A stretch of DNA of 47,734 bases, taken from IMG/VR virus record IMGVR_UViG_3300014208_001203, positions 1-47,734 of that record, one strand, 5' to 3'. Every line of letters begins with the position of its first letter. Position 1 is the stretch's first letter. The DNA is from a virus (lineage: Duplodnaviria; Caudoviricetes). Under the pieces are notes generated by a model. It was not told the DNA's origin, did no database searches, and saw only the letters and a program-made list of their open reading frames with translations. Positions 26,574 through 37,080 of the stretch are shown here, piece by piece. The position numbers were made by a program, and so were the translations under genes.

Positions 26574-27527
26574 GAAGTTTGCACTTATTGAGCTTCCTTC
26601 CTCAATGTTTTTTATTATACTTGCAAACAGCGGAGCAACATCAATAACTGATATTTTTCTATATCCAGCATATGCATCAAGATCGTGTTGAGAAAATTCA
26701 CTTTCTTGTCTAAGGGGAATAGAGTTGGTTACAATTAACTCCTCTAACTTTGAATTACCTATGTTTGCATAAGCTCTTCCAGAAAGAACTGGATGTGCAA
26801 CAGCCGCTCTTACTGATAAAGCTCCATTATCTATAAGTATATTACTACATTCAGATAGAGTTCCACAAGTATCTGCCATATCATCAATCAAAACTATATT
26901 CCTATCTTTCACGGTTCCAATTAACTTCATTTCTTTTATTATATTTGCTTTTTCTCTATGTTTATAGCAAATTACCATATCAGTTTTTAAGTGTTGTGAA
27001 TAAATTTTTGCTTTTTTCATTCCCCCTGCATCTGGAGAACAAATCATAATGTTTTTATCAAACAACTGTTCTTTTATTTTCGGAACAATAACAGCAGAGG
27101 AATAAATATGAGAAACTGGAATGTTGTACATACCCTCAATGCTATTGTTGTGTAGATCCATTGTAACTAAATGATTAATACCAGAACCTTCAATCATTTT
27201 TGCTATTAAAGCAGAAGTAATTGGTACTCTTGGCTCGCTTTTCTGGTCTTGTCTGGAAAATCCAAGATATGGAATGACCGCAATTATAGATTTTGCTCCA
27301 GCTCTCTTAGATGCATCTGCCATCTGGAGTAATTCAAACAAATTATCAACTGGTTGAAAAGTTGATTGAACCAAGTAAACATTTTGTCCTCTTACTGTTT
27401 CACACAACGAATGAACAAATTCTCCATCTGAGAAATCTTTTCTCTCTGAACAATTAAGAGAGACATTAAGTTCTTTGCAAATTCTTTCTGCAAAATAAAA
27501 ACTCTTTTTTCCTGAAAATATTTTCAT
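26565..27527 (-). CDS. prs: Ribose-phosphate pyrophosphokinase
   Basis: FSDGE, PYLGFSRQD, MDLH, SPDAGG, IDDMADTCGTL. Confidence 0.93.
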   Translation of the reverse strand: MKIFSGKKSFYFAERICKELNVSLNCSERKDFSDGEFVHSLCETVRGQNVYLVQSTFQPVDNLFELLQMADASKRAGAKSIIAVIPYLGFSRQDQKSEPRVPITSALIAKMIEGSGINHLVTMDLHNNSIEGMYNIPVSHIYSSAVIVPKIKEQLFDKNIMICSPDAGGMKKAKIYSQHLKTDMVICYKHREKANIIKEMKLIGTVKDRNIVLIDDMADTCGTLSECSNILIDNGALSVRAAVAHPVLSGRAYANIGNSKLEELIVTNSIPLRQESEFSQHDLDAYAGYRKISVIDVAPLFASIIKNIEEGSSISANFLI

Positions 27528-27751
27528 AATTTTTTGCTTTTATAATCTATCATTATTACCCTTCTCAAATTATATGATTTTGATTCACTTTTGTCCAACT
27601 CACTTCTATACCAAAAAAATTTTTTGTTTTCTATCTCATATATTGAATTTGACAAACCAATTCTAAATATTTCAATGTTAGCATTATTATTTTTACAAGC
27701 ACTTTCAAAACGATCAATCAAAAAATTAAATAACTTTTTTTCCCAAAACAT
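27524..27751 (-). CDS. Hypothetical protein
   Basis: 75-aa ORF in a tight gene string. Confidence 0.55.
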   Translation of the reverse strand: MFWEKKLFNFLIDRFESACKNNNANIEIFRIGLSNSIYEIENKKFFWYRSELDKSESKSYNLRRVIMIDYKSKKL

Positions 27752-27753
27752 TT

Positions 27754-27939
27754 CTAAATTATTAATCCTATTTTCATAATAATAAACATTTCCAACATTG
27801 TGTTAAAAGAAAAAGTAGAACCATCGTAAATTTTTTCAAAATTTTCAGGTTTTATAATCTCATGATTTTTAAACTTTAAAAAATCAAGAAATTCACATGT
27901 TAATTCTTTTGTTATTTCTGTTATTTGATTAGAATTCAT
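27754..27939 (-). CDS. Hypothetical protein
   Basis: 61-aa ORF in a tight gene string. Confidence 0.55.
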   Translation of the reverse strand: MNSNQITEITKELTCEFLDFLKFKNHEIIKPENFEKIYDGSTFSFNTMLEMFIIMKIGLII

Positions 27940-28321
27940 TAACTTTTAATTTTCTCAATTTTTCTCCTGCTTTTTTAAAATCTTCTTCAGCTTGTTTTAA
28001 AGCTCTTTCAGCACGTTCTTTCTGACGTTTTAATTCCTTTTCCTCTTTCTTGTTTATAGATTTTTCAACTCTTTCTACTTCGCTTAAAACAATAGCTTCA
28101 TTTGCTATTATTTTAATAATGTCAGCCACTCCAAAATCTGGGTAATTTGCTTTAAACCACGTAACCCTGGCTCTGGCTTGCCCAATCTTTGGATATATTT
28201 TTGCTTTCTTAATATCATCAACCCAATTTTTCCCTCCGCCAAATCCAACGGAACGAAAATATTTTCCATCTTTGCTTCTTACTGCAAAAAATTCTAAATT
28301 AATTTTTATTGTTGTTTCCAT
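27929..28321 (-). CDS. Hypothetical protein with C-terminal coiled coil
   Basis: 130-aa ORF. Confidence 0.7.
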   Translation of the reverse strand: METTIKINLEFFAVRSKDGKYFRSVGFGGGKNWVDDIKKAKIYPKIGQARARVTWFKANYPDFGVADIIKIIANEAIVLSEVERVEKSINKKEEKELKRQKERAERALKQAEEDFKKAGEKLRKLKVNEF

Positions 28322-28470
28322 TATTGTTTTCTTTTAATTTTTCAGCACTTTTTTTCATTTCTCTTTGATGTTTTTTGTAATGACTTGCTTGTGCAAGTCC
28401 GTTTGTTGAAATCCACATTCCACAAATCTTACAAATTGTTTCTCCGTATTTAACTTTCCATCGTGCCATG

Positions 28471-29178
28471 TTAATTCTTTTCTTTTAATACATTAGCCGT
28501 TCCAGTCATTCTTGCGCAAAACTCTTCAAGAGACTTAGCGTTAAAAAAATCAAGAACTCTTTTACACATTTCGTCCATTTGTTTTTGCATGCTTAATAAA
28601 AAATCTTCTTTTTCCTGGCTCCACTCAATTAAATTAAATCCATATCCACTTAAATGAGAGCTTTCTTTCCAATTTTTATCACAATCACAAAACAAAGTGT
28701 GTCCATTGCTTTCAATTTTAATAACCCTTGTAAAAGATAAGGAAATTCCATTTTCACCCCTCATACTTCCCCTACTTAACATAGCTGAAAGATAAGATGG
28801 TAATTCTTTGTCTTCAATATATCTTTCTTTAAAACGCACATCTTTATTTTCATCATATTCTGGATTATTTATCATATAAACATGTTGTGGCATTCCCAAA
28901 TCAATTCTAATCATTCTTGTTCTTGTACTTAATTCATTAAACAAAATTTTCACTACTTCAATTGCTTTTTCTCTGGTTTTGCAATGTGAAAAATTTACAG
29001 ATTGTATTTTCGGAATGTTAATGGCTTCAAAATATTTTTCTAATTCTTTTATTTCAAAATAGAAATAATCTTTTGATGTCTCATAATAAAGATAAGCCTC
29101 TACTTGACCACGAAAAGTTGTTCTTTCAGCTTTGTAGTTCCCAGTAATATCAAATTTTTCTTTAACTAATTTTGCCAT
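28471..29178 (-). CDS. Hypothetical protein
   Basis: 235-aa ORF with promoter motif upstream. Confidence 0.75.
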   Translation of the reverse strand: MAKLVKEKFDITGNYKAERTTFRGQVEAYLYYETSKDYFYFEIKELEKYFEAINIPKIQSVNFSHCKTREKAIEVVKILFNELSTRTRMIRIDLGMPQHVYMINNPEYDENKDVRFKERYIEDKELPSYLSAMLSRGSMRGENGISLSFTRVIKIESNGHTLFCDCDKNWKESSHLSGYGFNLIEWSQEKEDFLLSMQKQMDEMCKRVLDFFNAKSLEEFCARMTGTANVLKEKN

Positions 29179-29208
29179 TTTGTTTAATTCTTTCTTTTTA
29201 TATCAGAT

Positions 29209-29235
29209 TATACGATTTTTTTTAAAGAAAGTTTC
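29209..29235 (-). promoter_or_regulatory. AAC-N16-CGTA promoter motif
   Basis: GAAAC-N16-CGTATA. Confidence 0.7.
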
Positions 29236-29572
29236 ACAAATCATATTCAGTTGTAGAAATTCCAGGAGAAACAAATTTTTTAAGAGTTCCATCTTCATTA
29301 AAAAAACGTGGATGTGTTTCTGGAGTTATTGGAGGTTGATTTCCTTCCCAACAATTAAATTCATAGTCAAAATGTCGATTGTCATATACTTGAAAAATAA
29401 AATAAAAACCAAACAGTTGAATATCAAATATAAAACCAGCGTGATCTGTTCTTCTGTTCCATTTAAGAGTTATGTCAAAATAGCTCCAATGTTGCCAGAA
29501 TCCAGACTGTAGTTCTAATGTTTTATTCTTAGAAAGTCTTAGATGGGGATTAAAAAAGAATTTGTCTGTCAT
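29234..29572 (-). CDS. Hypothetical protein
   Basis: 112 aa, DHAG and YDNRH motifs. Confidence 0.7.
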   Translation of the reverse strand: MTDKFFFNPHLRLSKNKTLELQSGFWQHWSYFDITLKWNRRTDHAGFIFDIQLFGFYFIFQVYDNRHFDYEFNCWEGNQPPITPETHPRFFNEDGTLKKFVSPGISTTEYDL

Positions 29573-29629
29573 ATTCGTTTTGTTTAATGAACAAATATAA
29601 CAAAAAAAAAGTAAATAACCAAAGATTAT

Positions 29630-29788
29630 TTACTTTTCTTCTACAAGTTCTACTTCTTGTTTTAGATCTACAATTTTTAGAATTCCAGTCAGCTCAAGAT
29701 TTGCTACATGAGTCGTCATTATTTTCTTAATTTTTTCAAACTCTTTCTGTGAGTCAACTTCGATTTTAAATTTAATTTCTTTAACCAT
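29630..29788 (-). CDS. Hypothetical protein, 52 aa
   Basis: Hand translation MVKEIKFKIEVDSQKEFEK...EEK*. Confidence 0.55.
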   Translation of the reverse strand: MVKEIKFKIEVDSQKEFEKIKKIMTTHVANLELTGILKIVDLKQEVELVEEK

Positions 29789-29820
29789 AGTTTTTGTTTT
29801 ATAATTATTAAAAAAAAAAT

Positions 29821-29847
29821 AAAACCCCGATAAATTTTCGGGGCTTT
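29821..29847 (-). terminator. Intrinsic terminator
   Basis: CCCCGA...TCGGGG hairpin followed by a T-tract on the minus strand. Confidence 0.7.
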
Positions 29848-29851
29848 ATTA

Positions 29852-30058
29852 TTAAATGTTTAACAGTTTTTTTAGATAATCTTTAGCAAGACTTCCGCTC
29901 TTTTCAAACTGAGAGAACATTTCTTCTCTCATCTTTTTTAATTCATCATACTCTTTATTTTTTTGTTCTTCAAGAAACTTATGAAAGTTAACTTTTTCAG
30001 TTTCATTAAGCTCTAAATAAAAAGCTTTTATTTGTTCGATTTTTGATTTTTCAGACAT
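29852..30058 (-). CDS. Hypothetical protein
   Basis: 68-aa ORF. Confidence 0.6.
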   Translation of the reverse strand: MSEKSKIEQIKAFYLELNETEKVNFHKFLEEQKNKEYDELKKMREEMFSQFEKSGSLAKDYLKKLLNI

Positions 30059-30060
30059 AA

Positions 30061-30627
30061 TTAGTTTCCTCCTTCTTTACCAACCAATTCAAGATTAAGA
30101 ACAATGTTTTTTACAGCAAGCGGCTGATCAGATATATGTATAATTTGTCCTCCAGAAATATAGTGTTGATGATAAGCTCCACGTTGATCGAACCAATATA
30201 AATATTCAATTGAAGACCCAAAAGTACCGTCATCTTCTATAAGCTCATTGGTTGTATAAGAACGTCCGCTTATATTTACATAATTACTATAGCCGTCATT
30301 GTTAAACCCATTACCATTAACTGTTTTTGGCGTTAACCTCTTTCCAGAAGATGTAACTTTTGTGTCAACTGTTGAATAAAAAATAACCTGTCCAGAGTAA
30401 GCCGAAATTACATACAAATGCTTAATAGCACCGATCTCGTTATCTTTTTCAAGTCTTTTTTTAACATTTTTTTGTTCAGCAGTCAAACCATCACTTCCAA
30501 TTTTAATTTCTGCGGAAGCTTTTTTAACGCCCGTATCAGAAGTCTTTTCTCTTCTTTCACATCCAGAGTTGGACATTGTAATAATTGCAATTGCAATCAC
30601 TGAAAACATTAATAACACTTTTTTCAT
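30061..30627 (-). CDS. Putative lipoprotein
   Basis: MKKVLL signal peptide ending SNSGC. Confidence 0.7.
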   Translation of the reverse strand: MKKVLLMFSVIAIAIITMSNSGCERREKTSDTGVKKASAEIKIGSDGLTAEQKNVKKRLEKDNEIGAIKHLYVISAYSGQVIFYSTVDTKVTSSGKRLTPKTVNGNGFNNDGYSNYVNISGRSYTTNELIEDDGTFGSSIEYLYWFDQRGAYHQHYISGGQIIHISDQPLAVKNIVLNLELVGKEGGN

Positions 30628-30662
30628 TTTACTTTTTTTTAAATTTAACAATATTAATTTAT

Positions 30663-31136
30663 TTACTTAGTGACGTACTGTTGATATGTTTGTGGAATTT
30701 CTCCTTGAAATGGTGCCCAATTAAATTTACTGCTCTGTGAATTGTATTCTGCAGCCAGGTTGTTAAAACTTAATTTCACACCAGCTAATTCAGTTTGCCA
30801 TTGATTTAATGTTTCTTTGTCAGTCCTGTCCCAGTCTTTTCTTTTTGTATCTTTATATTGATCTTCTAAATCGACAATCCTGTTTTCATAAACCTGAATG
30901 TCATTTCTTTTTTGTTCCAACTTTGAAGATGCATCTTTAAACCATTCATATTTTTTAAGTGCAGCTTTTGGACCAAACTCTTTTTGTGCCACTTCTCCAG
31001 CCTCAGAGAACCATCCAAGACCATATCCTATTAGACTTACTACAACAATAATTCCAATAGCCCAAAAAACAAATTTTTTTATAAATCCAGATGGATTGTT
31101 GTCAAAATTTTGAATGTGTCTGTCAATACTTGTCAT
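30663..31136 (-). CDS. Single-TM coiled-coil protein
   Basis: N-terminal TM helix; AAEYN..SSKFNW tail. Confidence 0.7.
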   Translation of the reverse strand: MTSIDRHIQNFDNNPSGFIKKFVFWAIGIIVVVSLIGYGLGWFSEAGEVAQKEFGPKAALKKYEWFKDASSKLEQKRNDIQVYENRIVDLEDQYKDTKRKDWDRTDKETLNQWQTELAGVKLSFNNLAAEYNSQSSKFNWAPFQGEIPQTYQQYVTK

Positions 31137-31170
31137 TTTAATAAAGTTTTAGTTAATATTTTTTTTAATC

Positions 31171-31197
31171 TATACGAAAAGAATATAAAATTGTTAC
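31171..31197 (-). promoter_or_regulatory. AAC-N16-CGTA promoter motif
   Basis: GTAAC-N16-CGTATA. Confidence 0.75.
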
Positions 31198-31204
31198 AAT
31201 TTTT

Positions 31205-32200
31205 TTATTCATTTTCGCAATGACAATAAGACTTATTTATTTCTGCAAATTTCTCCAATATTTTTTGATGCATTTCATATTCTCCGCATTGTGGAGTTAA
31301 ATATAAAACATGAGGAGAAAATTGTCCAGACATTGGATGAAGATTTTGATTCACATTTATAAGCTGTGCTATTCTGTCACCAAATCTTTGCAAATCAGAA
31401 AAATATTTCTTATATAAAATTTTTGGCTCACATACTTTCTTTGAAAGGAATTCTTCTACAAAATCAAAATCATACCTATTTCCAAGAATCCATCCAATTT
31501 CTGATTTTACTTTGTGACTTTCCATTAATCTCCAAGCCTCATATTGGCTTTTTCCTTTAAGATATTCAAGTTCTTTTGGAACTTCAAAATACGTCTCAAT
31601 GCTTGTTTCATTACCCTTACCGAAATGATAAACATATTGATTTTCTTTTGTTAATATTGTTCTTCCATCGGAAAAAATTTCAACATCTCCTTTTTTCCAA
31701 AGTTGTTTGAAACGCTTTGGATCATAATTGTTAAAACTATCTGATTCTTTTACTAATTCAAAACCGAGAAGTTTCAACATTTTTGGAGTTCCAAAATCCA
31801 TATATCCTTTGTGGTATTCATCTTGGTATATTTTCATAAAATCATATACTTGTCTGTCAATCCACATAAATCTCCATTCCTCAACCTCTTTCTTGTTTTT
31901 TATCTTTTTAAAAATTTCTTTAGCTTCTTCCCTTCCATACGTAAATTTACCGTCAACCAAGAATTCGCAAAACTCATATATAGAAATTCCAAAATGTTCT
32001 TCGATGAGCTTTGTGTTATCATCTTCTTCTATTTTTTCTATTCCCCCATAGTCATTGTACTCTCCAAAAATTGGAAGAGTTGCTGGTTGCCAATCTCTGG
32101 TTTCACTACCACAATTTTCTTTCAATGGCAATAAAACACATTTGTTTCCACTTGTTATTGCTATATTGCTTATTCCACAACATACACTCCATGATCCCAT
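31205..32200 (-). CDS. Phage hypothetical protein
   Basis: 331 aa; MGSWSVCCGIS, LPIFGEYNDYG. Confidence 0.75.
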   Translation of the reverse strand: MGSWSVCCGISNIAITSGNKCVLLPLKENCGSETRDWQPATLPIFGEYNDYGGIEKIEEDDNTKLIEEHFGISIYEFCEFLVDGKFTYGREEAKEIFKKIKNKKEVEEWRFMWIDRQVYDFMKIYQDEYHKGYMDFGTPKMLKLLGFELVKESDSFNNYDPKRFKQLWKKGDVEIFSDGRTILTKENQYVYHFGKGNETSIETYFEVPKELEYLKGKSQYEAWRLMESHKVKSEIGWILGNRYDFDFVEEFLSKKVCEPKILYKKYFSDLQRFGDRIAQLINVNQNLHPMSGQFSPHVLYLTPQCGEYEMHQKILEKFAEINKSYCHCENE

Positions 32201-32220
32201 ATTATTATTTTTTTAAAGGT

Positions 32221-32583
32221 TTAATAAATACAAGGTTTAATAAATACTTCAAATTCTTCAACAGTACGACTCATTGGCATTCCCAATTTTCCTGCTTCTA
32301 CATCACGTTCTAACTCAAAATAAAAAGTTTTCAAATATCTTTTTACACTTACAACTTTAAAATCTCCACACACGCCTGGCTTGAAAAAATTATGTTGAGA
32401 TTTTTTCCATCTCGCATCATACCAATCCTTATCCATTTTGGTGTTTATGTGAATAATTTCTCCAACTACTGGAGGAACCATTGTCCCAGCCGATATTATT
32501 TGACTTTCATCCTGATCGTCTTTTAACCAATAACGTACTTCTGATTTGGTATATGGACTATTTTCCAATTCTTTTATTTTCAT
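32221..32583 (-). CDS. Hypothetical protein
   Basis: 120-aa ORF. Confidence 0.65.
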   Translation of the reverse strand: MKIKELENSPYTKSEVRYWLKDDQDESQIISAGTMVPPVVGEIIHINTKMDKDWYDARWKKSQHNFFKPGVCGDFKVVSVKRYLKTFYFELERDVEAGKLGMPMSRTVEEFEVFIKPCIY

Positions 32584-32595
32584 AATGTTTATGAA

Positions 32596-33564
32596 TTATT
32601 TCGTTTTAATTTTCATCATTACATCTTCAAGATAGTGAACATATTCAAGAAACTTGGGAGTTCTTTTTATTGAAGAATTCCTTTTCATGGGCATATCAAT
32701 GTCTATGAAATCATAAATTTCTCCTGGATTAGATTTTAACACATAAATTTCATCTGCTAGATAAACTGCTTCAGATAAATCATGTGTGACAAGAATAAAA
32801 GTTGGATCTCCTGGTATTTTTGACCATATATCAATAAGCATATCTTGCATTTTCAATCTTGTGTTTACATCAAGTGCTCCAAATGGTTCGTCCAAAATTA
32901 GCATTTCATTGTTTGCAATTAAACTTCTTGCAATAGCAACTCTTTGAAGTTGCCCTCCACTCAATATTGGATATTGAGCAAATTTATGTTCATGACCTTC
33001 CAGGTTAACAATTTTTATCATCTCCATGGCCTGTTCTTCTCTTTCGGATTTTGAAACACCTCTTAACTCAAGCGGTAAAGCAACATTTTCAAGGACAGTA
33101 GCCCATGGTAAAGATGAATATTGTTGAAAAACCATACCAACCCTATGTTTGTTTGTATGTGGTTTTCCATCAATAAAAATCTCTCCAGACGTTGGATTTT
33201 GCAACCCTGCAATATATCTGAGTATTGTTGATTTTCCGCAACCACTTGCTCCAACTATAACAGTAAATTGCCCCCCACCTTTTATGTCTTTAACTTTAAG
33301 ATTGAAATTGTCAAAAATTACATTCTTTTGACCATTTTTATCTTTGTAAATTTGTGAAATGTTTTTTAATTCCAGCTTATCAATTGGTTCATATTTTCCT
33401 TCCCTGAAGTTAATTTTGTTTTTTTCTTCAGAAACAATTTTTATCACTGGGTCTTTTGAATTGTTTTCCACTGACACAACAGTTTCAAGTTGTTCTTTTT
33501 CTCCATCCTTTAAGATTTCTGAAAAAACCCCAACTTCCTTTTTTTCTTCGAAATATCCAGCCAT
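32596..33564 (-). CDS. ABC transporter ATP-binding protein (NitT/TauT type)
   Basis: GASGCGKST, LSGGQLQR, LILDEPFGALD, VTHD. Confidence 0.93.
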   Translation of the reverse strand: MAGYFEEKKEVGVFSEILKDGEKEQLETVVSVENNSKDPVIKIVSEEKNKINFREGKYEPIDKLELKNISQIYKDKNGQKNVIFDNFNLKVKDIKGGGQFTVIVGASGCGKSTILRYIAGLQNPTSGEIFIDGKPHTNKHRVGMVFQQYSSLPWATVLENVALPLELRGVSKSEREEQAMEMIKIVNLEGHEHKFAQYPILSGGQLQRVAIARSLIANNEMLILDEPFGALDVNTRLKMQDMLIDIWSKIPGDPTFILVTHDLSEAVYLADEIYVLKSNPGEIYDFIDIDMPMKRNSSIKRTPKFLEYVHYLEDVMMKIKTK

Positions 33565-33565
33565 G

Positions 33566-34363
33566 TTAAACGTGTTTAAATTTAAATAATTTTTTATCTA
33601 GCCATTTAAATAATATATCTTGCAAAAAACCTATTATTATTATAATAAGAATTATTGCAAAAATCTTATCTAAACGACTTTGTTTTGCAGAAGTATAAAT
33701 CATGGCTCCTACGCCACCTTCATTATTCACCATTTCGGCTACAATTATATAAGTCCATGAAATTGCAGTGATAACTCTAATGTCAGCAGAAAGCTTTGAA
33801 ATAACGGATGGCCAATATATTTTTGTAAAAGTTTGCCAACTATTTGCGCCCAACGTGAAGATTGTATCAAGATGAATTTTTTCAGTTTCATATACTCTCT
33901 GTACAACTATAGGAAGCAAATAAACTATAATACCAAATGCAAGAAAGTTTATTTTCATTCCAGAAGAAATTCCGAACCATGCTATAAAAACTCCAACTAG
34001 ACCAGTGAGTGGCACATATCTTAATGCATCAATATATTTACTAAACATACTTCTCAAAAAAGGAATCAATGCAATTAAGAATCCTATTGGGATGGAAAAA
34101 ATTATAGCTTTCACATAACCAGCAATATTCAATTTTAAAGAATATACAATGTTTGACATTAGGTTGTCTTTTTGAAAAAGCTCAACAAAAGATACCAAAA
34201 CACTTCCTGGACTTGGAATTGTTTGAGGTTTCACCAATCCTGTTCCAGTGGTTATTAAAAACCAAACAAACAGCAAAAAGAAAAAACCAGCAATTCCAAC
34301 AATCAACGAAAGATTTTCAGATATATTTCCACCTAATTTAAAAAGAGACTTAAAAGTTTTCAT
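33566..34363 (-). CDS. ABC transporter permease (NitT/TauT type)
   Basis: PSP, multiple TMs, TLGA, SWTYIIVAEM. Confidence 0.88.
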   Translation of the reverse strand: MKTFKSLFKLGGNISENLSLIVGIAGFFFLLFVWFLITTGTGLVKPQTIPSPGSVLVSFVELFQKDNLMSNIVYSLKLNIAGYVKAIIFSIPIGFLIALIPFLRSMFSKYIDALRYVPLTGLVGVFIAWFGISSGMKINFLAFGIIVYLLPIVVQRVYETEKIHLDTIFTLGANSWQTFTKIYWPSVISKLSADIRVITAISWTYIIVAEMVNNEGGVGAMIYTSAKQSRLDKIFAIILIIIIIGFLQDILFKWLDKKLFKFKHV

Positions 34364-34399
34364 TTTTGTTAATTTAATTATTTCCGTTTGTTTTCATAT

Positions 34400-34426
34400 T
34401 ATACGTGTGTTTTTTAAAAATGTTAC
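34400..34426 (-). promoter_or_regulatory. AAC-N16-CGTA promoter motif
   Basis: GTAAC-N16-CGTATA. Confidence 0.75.
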
Positions 34427-34494
34427 TTTTTTATTAATATTTTTATTGATTTATTATTAGATTTTTACTATATTTAAAACAAAACATATATATT

Positions 34495-34632
34495 ATGAAA
34501 CCTAAAAAAATTAGCATATCACTTAATCCAGATGTTATCAAATTTCTCGATAAAGGAAAATATAATAAATCTAAACTAATAGATTCGCTGTTAGAAAAAT
34601 ATTTTAAAAATAATTCAGAAAAAAGTAAGTAA
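34495..34632 (+). CDS. Small ribbon-helix-helix-like protein
   Basis: MKPKKISISLNPDVI...KYNKSKLIDSLLEKYF. Confidence 0.65.
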   Translation: MKPKKISISLNPDVIKFLDKGKYNKSKLIDSLLEKYFKNNSEKSK

Positions 34633-34685
34633 AATCCTACTTTTTTATTTTTTCCATATATTTATAGATATAAAAAATAAATATT

Positions 34686-34847
34686 ATGGGAAGAAAATCA
34701 AAAACAACAGAAGAAAAGAAAGGTAAAATATCTATTACTATTTCTGAAAAATACTACAATCAAATGATTGAAGGTGACATAAACAAATCACAACTAATTA
34801 ATTGGTTACTTGAACAATACTTTAATCTCGTTAGAAATGGAAAGTAA
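34686..34847 (+). CDS. Small ribbon-helix-helix-like protein (MGRK type)
   Basis: MGRKSKTTEEKKGKISITIS...NKSQLINWLLEQYF. Confidence 0.65.
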   Translation: MGRKSKTTEEKKGKISITISEKYYNQMIEGDINKSQLINWLLEQYFNLVRNGK

Positions 34848-35454
34848 AGTGTGTACTATTTGTGGAAAAGAAAAACCATTAGATGAATTTTATAATAAAG
34901 AAAAAGGTAAAAAGCGTTCTGAATGTAAAATTTGTACTTATAAAAAACATAAAAATTTTAACGAGTTAAATAAAAATAGAGTTAAAAAACAAAGGAAAAA
35001 ATCTTATGATAAAAATAGAGATTCATTATTAAAAAACAAAAGAGAATCTTATAAGAAAAATAGTGAAAAATTTATTAAAAGGCAATGGGAATATACAAAA
35101 AAAAAGAAATTGGTCGATCCGATTTTTAAATTCAAACGTGATGTTAGAAACATGATTGCTAAATCATTGCGTAGTAGAAATTATACAAAAAAATCAAAAA
35201 GTTTTGTAATCCTCGGATGTTCTTTCGAAGAATTTATCTCTCATATTGAATCTAATTTTCAACCTTGGATGAATTGGAATAATCGTGGAAATCCTGAAGA
35301 TGGTATATTTGAATTAAATAAGACGTGGGATATTGATCACATTGAACCTCTTGCTAATGCTAAAACTGAAGATGATATAATTAAATTAAATCATTATACC
35401 AATCTTCAGCCATTATGCAGCTATGTTAATAGATTTATAAAAAAAGATAAATAA
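34837..35454 (+). CDS. HNH-family endonuclease with Zn finger
   Basis: KVCTICG...ECKIC; WDIDHIEP...HYTNLQPLC...N. Confidence 0.85.
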   Translation: MESKVCTICGKEKPLDEFYNKEKGKKRSECKICTYKKHKNFNELNKNRVKKQRKKSYDKNRDSLLKNKRESYKKNSEKFIKRQWEYTKKKKLVDPIFKFKRDVRNMIAKSLRSRNYTKKSKSFVILGCSFEEFISHIESNFQPWMNWNNRGNPEDGIFELNKTWDIDHIEPLANAKTEDDIIKLNHYTNLQPLCSYVNRFIKKDK

Positions 35455-35485
35455 AAAACGGCATTAAAATCGAATGCCGTTTTTT
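35453..35485. terminator. Bidirectional intrinsic terminator
   Basis: AAAAAACGGCATT-N7-AATGCCGTTTTTT. Confidence 0.85.
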
Positions 35486-35492
35486 ATTTCAA

Positions 35493-37010
35493 TTAGTCTT
35501 TTATTAATTCAAAATCAGTTGTCCTAAATTTTTCGTCATCACCTACTGACCCAGAATCAATAGCGTGTTTAGAGCCATTTCCTTTAACAATTATTCTGTT
35601 TTTGTCGAAATTAAATTGTTCTATTAGATAATCAGCCACTGATTGAGCTCTATTATAAGAAAGCTTTTCGTTAAATTCTTTTTTCCCCAAATTATCCGTA
35701 TTTCCTTCAATACGAATCCTGGCACCAGCATTAGTTTTTGCAATTTCTACAAATTCTCTGTTAATTTTAGCTTTTGATTCACCTGTTAGAGAATATGAGC
35801 CAGTGGGAAAATTAATTGTAATTTTCTTTGTAGAATAAGCTTTTTTATCTTTAACTTCGTCAGTAACTGGGGTAAATTTCTTTGTTACTTCTGCCAATTG
35901 TCCGTTTCCAGCAAGAGTGGAGCTTTTAATAAGAACGGCATCTGAAACATCACGCCACATTAATGGATTTTCAACCATTTTAATTTTTTGGTATTCTCCA
36001 GACATTGAAGTGTAAAGTAAATCTCCAGTTACACTATTTGCATCGCCTAGACCAAAGAAATTCTTATTATCTCCATGAGTTGTATATCTAACATTCTCCA
36101 TAGCAGCCAAAGCATCTGTTTGACTCATTTGAAATTTATCAGCCAGGATTTTTGCAGCCTTATCTCTTGCACCATCTTTGTTTGCATTAAGCTCTGCCGC
36201 ACCTGTCATCCAACCATCATAAAGTTTTTGTAATTTTTCAAGATTGTTTTTTACATATTCTTCTTTTGCAATAAAACCATCGGCTATAATAAATGTAGCT
36301 TCTTTTGTGCTTGCCAAAACTTTTGCGCCAGATACTTTTTTAACACAATCTATATCATCTGGAGACCAAACAACTGCTGCAACAACAACACCTTGTTTAA
36401 AGTTTGTAGCTGCATCAATGGCATTAGGTACAGGTTTAACCTCAATATCTGTTAAAGTCATATTATTTGCCTTTAATAGATTAATTAAGAACGAGTGACT
36501 TGGAGTTCCCTCAGCAACAGCAACAGATTTTCCTCTTAAATCAGAAATTTTTTCTACTGACAAATCTGCTACTATAGCATCTCCTCCACGACTCCAGTCT
36601 GCCTGGAATAAAAATTTAGGATTTGTCATTGCCATAGTTCCTTGTCTTCCCATTTCTGTTGAAAAAGCATCTGCTGTACACCATAAAAGATCTACTTCTC
36701 CAGCTTCAAACGCTTTTCTAGATGCGACAAAATCATCAAGAATTTTAAAATCTACCTGAATACCATATTCTTTGTAAAAACGGCATTCCATGTTGGGCTC
36801 AAAACCACCATTCATATACTGACCTCCAGCATATCCTGGCCATGTAACCACGCCCACTTTAATTACACCACCGCTTGCTGTTTTTCCAGCAAAAGAATTA
36901 ATGTTGTCTTGGAAAGAAAAATACAGAATTCCAAGAACCACTGCAACTAAGCCAGCAATAACCATTTTGCCTCTTGTTGTTAAACCACCTGTTTTTGTTG
37001 TTGTACTCAT
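35493..37010 (-). CDS. ABC substrate-binding (SsuA/THI5-like) protein fused to an OmpA-like domain
   Basis: VTWPGY, DWSRGGDAIV, DLRGKSVAV; IEGNTDN.G...N.KLS..RAQSVADYL. Confidence 0.88.
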   Translation of the reverse strand: MSTTTKTGGLTTRGKMVIAGLVAVVLGILYFSFQDNINSFAGKTASGGVIKVGVVTWPGYAGGQYMNGGFEPNMECRFYKEYGIQVDFKILDDFVASRKAFEAGEVDLLWCTADAFSTEMGRQGTMAMTNPKFLFQADWSRGGDAIVADLSVEKISDLRGKSVAVAEGTPSHSFLINLLKANNMTLTDIEVKPVPNAIDAATNFKQGVVVAAVVWSPDDIDCVKKVSGAKVLASTKEATFIIADGFIAKEEYVKNNLEKLQKLYDGWMTGAAELNANKDGARDKAAKILADKFQMSQTDALAAMENVRYTTHGDNKNFFGLGDANSVTGDLLYTSMSGEYQKIKMVENPLMWRDVSDAVLIKSSTLAGNGQLAEVTKKFTPVTDEVKDKKAYSTKKITINFPTGSYSLTGESKAKINREFVEIAKTNAGARIRIEGNTDNLGKKEFNEKLSYNRAQSVADYLIEQFNFDKNRIIVKGNGSKHAIDSGSVGDDEKFRTTDFELIKD

Positions 37011-37053
37011 AAAAAATAATTAAAAGTTTATAAAAATAATGTTTACACCAATC

Positions 37054-37080
37054 TATACGAAATTTAAATTAAAATGTTAC
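37054..37080 (-). promoter_or_regulatory. AAC-N16-CGTA promoter motif
   Basis: GTAAC-N16-CGTATA. Confidence 0.75.
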